Below, in pieces: positions 52,703 through 64,000 of a DNA stretch of 64,000 bases. This DNA comes from Eledone cirrhosa (lineage: Eukaryota): assembly GCA_964016885.1 (NCBI GenBank), contig OZ024743.1, positions 191,766,001 to 191,830,000 on the forward strand, given 5' to 3'. Position 1 is the first letter of the stretch. Each line of letters opens with the position of its first letter. The notes beneath the pieces are model-generated. The model was not told the origin of the DNA, made no database searches, and worked only from the letters and a program-made list of their open reading frames with translations. Made by a program: the position numbers and the translations under genes.

Positions 52703-53393
52703 ATAATTGTTATTATGTTTTGGTAATATTTTGTTGTTATTTCTGCGGGCGTTTTTCAATGAAAGCATTTTCTCAATGCTAGATACATCTTGAAATATTC
52801 AAGAAGGCTCTGATCAGCTAATGAGGTGTATAACATCTTATGCACCTATCACCCCATAATAACAATCGTAACAATGTTACAACTATAAAAAAAAAAGTAG
52901 TAGCACTCGTAACCCAATTAACTGGTTGTAAAATACTTTAACAATTCACTCAACAATGGTCATTGATTTATTCAAAGTAAATGTAGTTGATAATGCTGAG
53001 AAGTAATGCAATTTCTTTACCGAGATAAGAGTGAAAATATGAACAATTTTTAATATTTCGAAGATTGATAAATGGTAACACAAGTAATACATATATTGCA
53101 AATCTAAAATGCAGGTTATAATTGAATATTGGCATTGTCATAAAAGGTCATTATACTAAACGAAATATCACTGGAGGTATTGTTGAATACCAGCTGTTTT
53201 GAGTGAGAATACTCTATATAAATGTTAGCATGGTTCAAGAATATCTGTGTTTCAATCAAGCAAGTGGGCGTGGTTAACTTATATTGTATTTAACAGATAA
53301 GATATTGGTTTAATAGCAAACGTCACCTTGCATGTCTCTTATACAGACTCTCTCTCTCTCTCTCCCCTGATTAGTTATCAGATTTCCATGTTT

Positions 53394-53457
<64 letters not shown>

Positions 53458-53570
53458 GAATGATTTATTTCGGTTTATTTTATTTTATTTTCTATTTTTT
53501 TCTTTTCGGGTCATTTTATTAGGAGCATCAAGCGTCGGCTTCATTAAAGCCAAATTTGGTAACGTCTAAA

Positions 53571-54696
53571 CTTATATATAAATGAAAGTTCTTGATTCTG
53601 TGTATCCACCTAAAACTCAAAAATTATCGATCGGTCTCCCACAAATTTACATATATATATTCACTACATCACGAGACAAATAGTCGTAATAGTTGGTTTA
53701 CTTTACAGAGCTTTGAGCAATAAGGAATCGGACAATACTTGCATAACAGAAGGAGTGGCAATGGCTCTTGGTTGGGGTTTCAGACAAACTCTGGCAGTAA
53801 TTTCTCGGGGGGACCCGAGCAGATCAGGTTAATGCCTGCATGTGTTGGTGAGTTTGCTATCCAGCTACTCAAATTGCAAAATGGACTTCTTGAAAAGGAT
53901 TCCAAAGACCGGATTCCGTTGTTATTTGCTCATATAATTAAACTGGAATAGGAACTGATTAACAGAATATTTCCAAACATTCAGATCAGACAATGTGATC
54001 CCAAATGACTGTGAACGAGTAATCTTAACACTGAAAATTGTTGCTGTGAAAGAAACCAACAGAAAGTTACTGGATATGTTATCAGGAGAGGAAAAATGCT
54101 ACAAATCAGTTGACACAGTCATTTCCCAGGACCAGGTTGTAAACTATCCAACTGAAGATTTGAACAGCCACAAACTGGCAGGAATTCCTACACACACACT
54201 GAAGCTTGAAGCATCGGTTATGCTATTTCGTAATCTAGATCTTCCAACACTTTGCAATGGTACAAGACTCATCATCAAAAATATGATAGCCAATGTCCTA
54301 GAAGACGCAATCATGTCAGGAAAATTTGCTGGTGACAATTATTTCATTCCCAGAATACCTCTGAGGTCAACTGATTTGCCATTTGAATTTCAAAGGCTTC
54401 AATATCCTATCAAATTCAGTTTTGAGAGCAATCATTGAAAGTCTTTGGGTTGAACCTGACAGATCCTCTCTTTTCACGTGGTCAGCTTTATGTTGGTAGA
54501 ACAATGTTGTTTATCCAGAGGATTTAGAATATAAAAGTATCTGAACAAGATAATATCGTAATTCCTACTGCAATGATAATAGACATAGATACTAATTCCT
54601 TAGTCATATAGTTTGTAAGGAATTCTGAAGTCCTAACTTTACTGCATAATGTTACTTTGGGAGGATACGCAGACATCCCCAGGTACCTCTGCTATA
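53571..54696 (+). mobile_element. Internally deleted Helitron carrying a PIF1-like helicase C-terminal fragment (about 53950-54500)
   Basis: MLFRNLDLPTLCNGTRL, FIPRIPL..DLPFEFQRLQYPIK, FSRGQLYV; 5' TATATATAAATGAAAG; 3' CAGGTACCTCTGCTA resembling the other Helitron's end. Confidence 0.8.
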
Positions 54697-54865
54697 TAGA
54701 TAGATTGCCTACAATCTCAGGAAACACTTTCAATCTCTGAAGCAATATCAGAGATAGGGTAAAGGAGTTCCAGCTGGAACTGGTCGAGGAAGAGCAAAAA
54801 CATTCTCCATGCCATTTGAAAGTATCGTGTTTGTATTTTAACGTACGCTAAGAAAAGTAACTCTA

Positions 54866-54940
<75 letters not shown>

Positions 54941-55124
54941 GCGTGTGCGTGTGCGCGTGTGTGTTTGTATCTCTGTCTCTGCATGTATGTGTGTCTGGGT
55001 ATGTATGTACGTATTGTCCCAAACTAAATATGAACCACCGATGAGAAAATATGAAATGTATACATATGTGTATACATGTGTGTATACATGTGTGTTTACA
55101 TGTGTGTTTACATGTGTGTATACC

Positions 55125-55745
55125 AAGTTTACTTGGTGAGGAGGGTGATTTTGGACACCCTGCAAGACAAAAAACAAAACCTGACAAAGGGCGGAAGAAC
55201 TCATAAGAGTCAACGGCCATCCAAAAGTGTGTAGATATGTATATACACATGTACCGCACGGTTAAACCACTGGGGGTGAAGGACCCCTAGGCTTTGTCAG
55301 GGCGTTCTTCTAGGAGAAGGCAACTCAGGAAACTGGGATAACTCCGATATAAAACCTGCGGCTCAGTGGTTACCGATAATGTTGATCTTTTCTTCTTTTC
55401 GGGTTATAGCCACTGTCGCTCAGAGAGTGGGATTGGTTCAGTGCACAGTCTTTCCTCACTTTAAAAAATATTTTCATGCACAGGCATTGCACGATAGAAT
55501 TAATTAATAACTATTAATTGTTTCTACTTTAGGCACAAGGCCAGCAATTACCCAGTGCATTACTGGTACTTTATTTTATCGACCCCGTAAGGATGAAAGG
55601 TAAAGTCAACCTCGGCGGGATTTGAACTCAGATCGTAAAGGGACGTAACTATGCTGTAATTAATAATTATTAATAATGGTATATCATGCAATGGCCATAC
55701 TCGATAACGAGGGGGCAGCCATCATACATGTGTGTATGTTTCTAT
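55125..55745 (+). mobile_element. Short non-autonomous (TATG)-tailed element interrupted by a minus-strand SINE (55515-55660)
   Basis: Ends shared with 24150-24660; SINE motifs inside. Confidence 0.55.
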
Positions 55746-56321
55746 GTATGTATATACGCTTTAACAGTTCTTTAAGTACAGGAGGTAAATTTGGAACGGG
55801 TGATAATAACCCCTGTCCATTAGTGATCAAAAACACTTCAGCTATATATACATAAACATGTTTGGAGTTCCTTTATTCAGCGTCATTCCGGCCATGACTG
55901 CCCTACTTTTAATGGCATATCTAGGGTTACAATATTCAGTGACTCTTTAAGACGATAGAGTGTAATTTAGCTGCTCTTTCTAAGAGTTCCAGTGATTATG
56001 TAGAAGCGTCACCTTCGTATGTATGTTCTTGTTCTTCTGGTTTTATAATTTCACAATGTTTTGCCAATAGACAGAGAGGGCTGGTTTCTAACATAGTTAC
56101 AAGACTCTCTGATTGAAATTTACACAACATCAACTAGGTAGATATGTCTGCATGTTTGCATGCATGTGCAGGTATGTATGTACGTATGTATTTACGTATG
56201 TATGTTTGTATGTATGTATGTACGTATGTATGTACAACTCTGTGCAAGACATTTGGCCGGGCTAAAAACCCACATTCGATCGCAGCACCGTGAATTGTTA
56301 TTGTGTGTATGTGTATGTATA

Positions 56322-56355
<34 letters not shown>

Positions 56356-59300
56356 GGTGACCTTCGTAGGAAATCGTATCATCGTGAGCTCCGCAAAGGT
56401 TTGTTGTTTTCGTTTGTTTAAAATTGCCATTTATGGAAAATTTTTGTTGTTAACTGTTTATAAAGTCACAAAATTTGCTTTCGAAAAAGGACACTCAAAA
56501 AGATTGGGGCCTTGAGCCCAAAATTTAAACTTTTATAATTATAAAACAAAAATTTTCTTTGAAAAAATCATGGACGATCACAGCTACACTAAGCGGCTGA
56601 GAGCCTTCCTGACAAAATAACACCTCACACCAACACCACCATTGTAAATATTGCTACGTTTGCCAACACTAAAAATATAAGCAGTAGCAATAATTTAAAT
56701 TTGTCTCATGCAGACATTGATTTCCCGCCATTACCAATGACTGCAGATGTTGAAGCCGCCACCCACCACCACCACCACAGCGACAACAAAAACAAAAGAA
56801 AAAATAAATTGTCTCGTGACATCGAAATGGATTCACCCAGAATGGATTCTTCCAAACCGAAAACCACTGACGCCACCACCACCACAACTGAAACTAAAAA
56901 TAACAATAAAAAAATAACAATAACAACAACAGCAACAACAACAATGAGAATAACAACAACACCGTGTCGTTTGCCAAAGAAGCCAAAAAATGCGAAACAA
57001 TCCAGGTAACTTAGGAGGAATTAGATAAAGCCAAGAGAATGGTAAAGAAAGATGGGTTCAGGGTCAGCCTCACCAACACCACAAAAGTCACCAAAAAGCG
57101 AAACAGAAACAGACCCACAACAAACGCAAACGAAACAAAACAACCAAAACGATACACACTACACAGCATTAAATTTGAACAACAACCAACTCTTACACTA
57201 CATCCAACACAACACCAGCATCACAGAAAAAGACTACACAACACCCCAAAAGTTCACACCACCTCCACACATATAAATCACTCGCATCACACAGAAAACG
57301 TACATGACACTGAAACAGAAATTCCCCAAAGACATCGGAGGCTTCCGACAAGCACTCTCCAGGAGGATTTATAAGGACATTCTTCCGGAGGAGGCCACAA
57401 GCAGGGAAAAGGATGGAGAAACCATCCTTCCTCTACGAGAAGTACTGGTAAGTGGTCTTTCCCATCTTTTCCACTCCTTTTCAACATGTCCTCACTCAGA
57501 ATATGCAGCATAAATGCGCGTGGCTTGGGGTCGTCATGGAAGCAGGGCCACTTGCTCAACGACCTCAGGTCACTAAACATGGATGTAGTGGCCATCAGCG
57601 AGACCAGAATCTCCGAAGCACGGGCCTTCGCACCGATCTTCGGCGGCTACGATGTGTACGCATCTCCCAGCCGTCCTGGAATTGGGGGGAGAAGTTGCTG
57701 TGCCTTTTCGGTGAGGTTTGGATCTCGCCATACGGGCCATCATGCTGGACCCAGAAGGTAAATTGGTGGTGCTGGACGTGACCAGCGGAGACGGGCAAGC
57801 TTTCAGGCTAGTGGCCGTCTATGCCCCGACAGGAGCAGGGCGGCCTGATTTCTTCCGGCGTCTGGAGACCTTTCTTGGAATGTCCAGATCTTTAGTGTTA
57901 GTGGGCGACTGGAACGGGATCTTAGATACACGCTGGGACTGTGTGGGATCAGCGGATAAGGGAGGAGAGCCTCACCAACCTGCTCAGGCGTTTTGAACTG
58001 TCTGACAGGTACCGATTGGATTTCCCGAATGTGCCAATGTGGACTTGGACAAACCGCATCGGGTCATCCAGATCATATCTAGATAAAGTATTTTGTAGAG
58101 AAATAGATAGGTCTAGCATAGGCTGTCCACAATTCAAGATAGTCAGCTAGATCTGTGTGCTTGACTTAGATAGGCTTCATAGACGAGGACCCGGCTACTG
58201 GAAGCTAAACGCGTCCTTACCAGCGCGCAAAGCCTACAGAGACCGGATTAGAGAACTAGTTAAGCGGGCGTTGAAGGGGGCCATCGTCAACAACAAGTGG
58301 TGGTTTGCTCTGAAAAGAGCAATTAGAATAGAGTCCATCAGGTTTAGTAAGGCTTTAGCAATAGAGAAAAATAGAGCAGAGGGAGAATTAGTTAGAAAAT
58401 TAGACGAGGCGCTTAGCAAAGGCATCGCGACCGACGTACTTGCGGCGAAATTGGCCCTTGACCAATTCTTCAATGCAAAGCACGAAGGCTGCGTTGTCAT
58501 AGCTAGGGTGCGTGCTCTCAGACACGAGATGACGAAAGCCGTTCAATGGGCCCGAGTGTCGGAGGCGCGTCGTGGCAACAAAGCCACGATCCGGTCTTTC
58601 GTGGACCACAGGGCGCATGCTACTCGATCCCGGGCAAATGTGTGAAGCTTTTCAGGGACACTTCGCACAGCTGTTCGGGAGCAGCGGCGGGCCGGATCGA
58701 GGGATGGACTTTAGTGTCTACCTCGACGGACTGCCGCGGCTCTCGGCCACTGAGGCGGAGTGTTGCGAAAAGCCGATACCAGCCGCTGAAGTAAGGGAGG
58801 CAATGACTGGCTGCACAAGGGGTTAATCGCCTGATTTAGATTTTATGCCCTATGAACTTTACGTACAGATGCCAGACTTGTTCGGAGGCCTCTTGGCGGA
58901 CGGCTACTGCAACTGGCAACAGAACGGGAGAATTCCCAGCTCTGTGAGCAGAGGAGCTGTGGCGCTGCTGAGAAAGGATCCGAACAAGGGTGATAACATA
59001 GATAATTTCAGGCCCATAACTCTGCTAAACACAGAGTTCAAGATTTTGGCCAAGGTGCTAGCAAAGAGGTTAGCGCATGTCGTTTGTGGTCTGGTGGGAG
59101 AGGCGCAGACGTGCGCCATTCCTGACAGATCCATCCACGACAACTTCCACCTCATGCGATACATCGTAGAGAGGATAGCTAGGGAACCTGGCACGGGTGG
59201 GACCTTGACCAATTTAGATCAGTCGAAAGCATTCGATAGAGTCGACCATCGTTACCTAGCAGCAGTCCTGAGGGCCGCTGTCTTTGGGCCCGTCTTCAGA

Positions 59301-60742
59301 GGCTGGATCGCTGCCATGCACAGCGACATCTGCTCTGTGGTGAGAGTGAACGGTCACCTTTTGGAACCGTTCAACATCATGCGTTCGGTCCGCGAGGGAT
59401 ATCCCCTCTCGTCCCTCTTGTACGTATTGACTCTCGAGCCATTACTGCACAAACTGGAGACGTTGAGGGATGCAGAAGATCCGTGTCAGCATATGCGGAC
59501 GATGTCACCGTACTGGTGTCGAACGCCAAACACATCGAGGCGATGGGCACTACACTAAGAGAATACGAAGCGGTGACAGGAGCAATGATCAACCAGGAAA
59601 AGTCACATGGGCCTGCAACGCGGCACCTGGAGAGGCATGTCCATGCGGTCCAACAGCGTCGTCGGGCGCTGAACAGACGGACCGGTTAATTTGCTAGGGG
59701 TCTGGTTCGGTCCGGACCTCCAGACGGACAAAAACTGGGACGAGGTGACGAGCAGGGTGGCTTCTCTCACCCAGAAATGGGCGGAGAGGAAGCTATCCCT
59801 GAAAGGTCGAGCGGAGGTGGCTAACGTGTACATCGCGTCTGTCATCTACTACCGCCTGACGTCGTACCTTGTCCTAAGCCTCGCCTGACTGCGCTGGAGC
59901 GTTTGCTCTTTCGCTTTTTGTGGAAGGGACGCGCTCCGATGGTCAGGCGGTCCATCTGCTGTCAACATCCGCTACGTGGAGGGCTGGGCATGCCGTGGCA
60001 TCCCTGGCCTGGCAGTGCTACCGAGGAGCTTTGCCAGTTCCGGATAAACTCTACAGGCATGGAGGTGCCGTCAGCCGGGCATGTCCGAGATGCGCGCAGG
60101 GCGACGAAACCGTCCTGCACGCACTCGTCCAGTGTCCGAGCATTGCTGACTTGTGGGTTTATGTCGAACACCTGCTGTCGCGAGTGGGACGGATCCAGCT
60201 ATCAGCTGAGTCCATCGTGAGGATTGCCCCGCCCTCTTCCTTTAGCCGGGAAGGGCAGGCAGTTTTTATCTGTCTGGTGGCCATGGCGAAGGAGATAGTA
60301 TGGTGGACACGTTTGAAAGGGCTGAAGACGCGCACTTACCTCTTCGGTGATGCCCTGATTAACTTTTTCAAATTTCATTTGAAAAGGAAAATCAGGGTAG
60401 AGAGGGAAGTGCTCTCTTCCCAGCATTTTGTTGAAAGATGGGTGAGAGAAGCAAGTATGGCCCGAGTGAATGGGCCTACTCTGTGTATGTGTCTGTAAAT
60501 TTAAGGTGGAAAACTGGGAGAGGGCACTTGCCCTGGTTGTCAAGATCACTGTGGCCTTTTAATGGGCTTTCTCCACAAATGTCCCTCGGAAGTCTCCCCC
60601 CTATTGGGGAATTTTTCATTGTTTTTTTTATTACATCCTGTTTTTTTTTACACGCAGAAATGCCCATTTGTACCGTCCTGTATTGTCCTGTACTGTCCTT
60701 AATGTCTACTTTATGTAAACCCTTGTGGTTAATAAAGAAAGC
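56356..60742 (+). mobile_element. Tx1/L1-like LINE copy 1 (ORF1 internally deleted; ORF2 APE-RT-CCHC 57486-60498 frameshifted)
   Basis: SINARGL, LVGDWN, RPITLLNTEFKILAK, DQSKAFDRVDH, AYADD, CPRC..ETVLHALVQC; AATAAA then (TTA)n. Confidence 0.92.
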
Positions 60743-60787
60743 ATTATTGTTATTATTAATATTATTATTATTATTATTATTATTATT

Positions 60788-63700
60788 GGCGACCTACGTA
60801 GTAAATCGTATCATCGTGAGCTCCGCAAAGGTTTGTTATTTTCAGTTATTTAAAATTGCCATTCATGGAAATTTTTTATTGTTAACTGTATATAAGTGCA
60901 CATACATTGTTATCTGAAAAGGACACCCAAAAAGATTGGGGCATTGAGCCCAAAATTTAAACTTTTATAATTATCAAAAAAAATTTTCTTTGAAAAATTA
61001 TGGCTGACTCAGAGTCACTCCTTTTTTACAAACTGACACCTCACACCGACACCACCATTGTAAATCTTACTACGTTTACCAACACTAAAAAAATATAAGC
61101 AGTAGCAATATTTTAAATTTGTCTCAGGCAGACATTCATTTCCCGCCATTACCAATGACTGCAGGTGTTAAAGCCGCCACCACCACCACCACCGCGACAA
61201 CCACCCCCACCACCACCACCGCGACAACAGAAACAAAAGAAAAAAATTAATTAACTCGTGATATCGAAATGAATTCAGCCAAAATGAACTCTTCCACACC
61301 GAACACCACTGACGCCACCACCACCACAACTGAAACTAAAATTAATAATAACAAAAATAACGATAACAACAACAGCAACAATGACATTAAGAAAACCATC
61401 CTGAGTTTTGCCAGAGTAGCAAAACAGTGCGAAGCATTTCAGGTAACTCAGGAGGAATTAGAAGAAGCCAAAAAAATGGTAAAGAAAGATGGGTACAGAG
61501 TCAGCCTCATCCCCACACACACACCTAATAAAATGGAGAATCGGCGCCTATGCACCGTGTCTTATCGAACAATTAATATAAAATCGCGCCGAGTGGAACG
61601 GGCATCCGAGTCCCAAATCCAAAAAGCTTTGGGACATGTGTGGGCAAAAAAACCCACATCAGACGTGGGCAGAAGTATGGAACCGTGGAAGTGTTCTTTG
61701 AAACACCACAGGAGGCTAGAGAACACTCCATGGCCCCATTAAGAAGTGACGACTTCACACTCCTCCCAAGCTATTGTGGCCAGAGACTCGTAAAGATCAG
61801 GGTCACCCACGTTCCACCGGCCATCGAAATTCCCTGGCTAATAGCTGCCGTCCTCGCCGGCATCGAAGCCAACACCAAGATAATAGAAATAGCGAAAGAA
61901 AAGCAGGAGAACTGGTCCGGATCTGGGATGGAGCTCCTGATCCAAGCGGACCAAAAAAGCATTAAGGAGATCCCAGAGGTAATAGACCTCACTGACGGCA
62001 ACCACCTCACCGTAATTGTCGAAGGCAGGAGGCCTAGGTGTGTCGTTTGTGGTGAAGGAACCCACCTAAGGGCTTTCTGCCCTCAGGCTAAAAGGATGAG
62101 GCCACCTCTCCTACCCATCCCAGTGACTCAACCATCAACACCACCAGCAGCAGAGATGGCAGCAACAACTGTAGCAGCAACAACAGAAGCAACTGTAACA
62201 GCAACAACCCCAGCAACAGTAGCAAAACCAACACCACCCAACGCGCCAGAACTAGCACCAGCGCCTACACCATCCACCACGCCACAACCAAAACTAACGC
62301 CTGTGGAGGATTTTCCACTCCCCGGCCTATTACAACTGGAGACAGATTGTGACGACGAAGAGTGGGAAACGGTATCAGGAAAAAAGAAAAAATGAAACCA
62401 AAAAAGAAAAATACTCTCTTCCTTCCCCCTCCAAAAACAAAATACAGAGGGAAACAAATAAACTATCAAACAAAAAAGTTAGGACAGACGTACCACCATC
62501 CACACCAGCATCACCAACCCCATCACCCCAAACACCAACACCATCTCCATCATTAACCCCAACACCACCATCAACTACACCACAAAAGTCACCAAAATGC
62601 GAAACAGAAACAAACCCACAACAAACGCAAACAAAACAAAACAACCAAAACGATACACACTACACAGCATTAAATTTGAACAACAAGCAATTATTACACT
62701 ACATCCAACACAACACCAGCATCACAGAAAAAGACTACACAACACCCCAAAATTTCACACCACCTCCACACATAAAAATCACTCGCATCACACAGAAAAC
62801 GTACATGACACTAAAACAAAAATTACCCAAAGACATCGGAGACTTCCGACAAGCACTCTCCAGGAGGATTTATAAGGACATCCTTCTTGAGGAGACCACA
62901 AGCAGTGAAAAGGATGGAGAAACCGTCCTTCCTCTACGAGAAGTAAGGTAAGTGGTCTTTCCCATCTTTTCCACTCCATTTCAACATGACCTCACTCAGA
63001 ATAGGCAGCATAAATGCGCGTGGCTTGGGGTCGTCATGGAAGCAGGGCCACCTGCTCAACGCCCTCAGGTCACTAAACATCGATGTAGTGGCCATCAGCG
63101 AGATCAGAATTTCCGAACCACGGGCCTTCGTACCAATCTTCGGCGGCTACGATGTGTACGCATCTCCCAGCCGTCCGGGATCGGGGGGAGAAGTTGCTGT
63201 GATTTTTCGGAGAGGTTTGGATCTTGCCATACGGGCCATCTTCCTGGACCCAGAAGGTAAGTTGGTGGTGCTGGACGTGACCAGCGGAGACGGGCAAACT
63301 TTCAGGTTAGTGGCCGTCTATGCCCCGACAGGTGCAGAGCGGCCTGATTTCTTCCGGCGTCTGGAGACCTTTCTTGGAACGTTCCGATCTTTAGTGTTAG
63401 TGGGCGACTAGAACGGGATCTTAGATGCACGCTGGGATTGTGTGGGATTAGTGGATAGGGAAGGAGGGTGCAAGAGTCTCACCAACCTGCTCAGGCGTTT
63501 TGAACTGTCTGACAGGTACCGATTGGATTTCCCGAATGTGCCAATGTGGACTTGGACAAATCGCATAGGATCATCCAGATCATATCTAGATAGAGTATTT
63601 TGTAGAGAAATAGATAAGTCTAGCATAGGCTGTCCACAATTCAAGATAGTCAGCTACACGGACCACAAATTCGTGATCTGTGTGCTTGACTTAAATAGGC

Positions 63701-64000
63701 TTCATAGACGAGGACCCGGCTACTGGAAGCTAAACGCGTCCTTACCAGCGCGCAAGGCCTACAGAGACTGGATTAGAGAACTAGATAAGCGGGCGTTGAC
63801 GGGGGCCATCGTCAACAAGTGGTGGTTTGCTCTGAAAAGAGCAATTAGAATAGAGTCCATTAGGTTTAGTAAGGCTTTAGCAATAGAGAAAAATAGAGCA
63901 GAGGGAGAATTAGTTGGCGGACGTCTAATGCAACTGGCAAAAGAACGGGAGAATTCCCAGTTCTGTGAGCCGAGGAGCTGTGGCGCTGCTGAGAAAGGAT
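60788..64000 (+). mobile_element. Tx1/L1-like LINE copy 2 (ORF1 with CCHC knuckle about 61155-62951; ORF2 from 62986; runs off the window)
   Basis: 5' end near-identical to copy 1; CVVCGEGTHLRAFC; APE motifs; frameshifts, a stop at 63409 and an approximately 500-bp deletion at about 63915. Confidence 0.92.

Noticed and set aside
53995-54438. Host PIF1 gene exon
   Set aside because: Frameshifted and deleted, and enclosed by Helitron-like ends.

Overview
AT-rich eukaryotic DNA made almost entirely of microsatellites and transposon relics; the SINE and microsatellite make-up looks cephalopod (Octopus-like), which is an inference. No host gene exon could be supported, and most ORF-track entries are microsatellite noise. 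Mobile elements seen: one apparently intact Penelope-like element (PLE) of Naiad type (708 aa, RT plus GIY-YIG), two truncated PLEs, two head-to-tail Tx1/L1-like LINEs in (TTA)n, R4/Dong, RTE and CRE relics, two Helitrons, mariner-type MITEs and many tRNA-derived SINEs. The main result is three different non-coding tandem arrays (467, 310 and 466 bp units) in which each unit carries a type I hammerhead ribozyme (HHR) on a long covarying stem, i.e. retrozyme-like elements. Each array sits in (TA)n, has a fold-back (inverted arm plus direct arm) layout and has two defined, offset termini. The 467 and 466 bp families share short conserved blocks, including an ATGCAAAT octamer about 32 nt upstream of where an arm begins. 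Two mini-insertions of the local Naiad PLE have the same layout, which points to a PLE-mobilised ribozyme-retroelement system targeting (TA)n.
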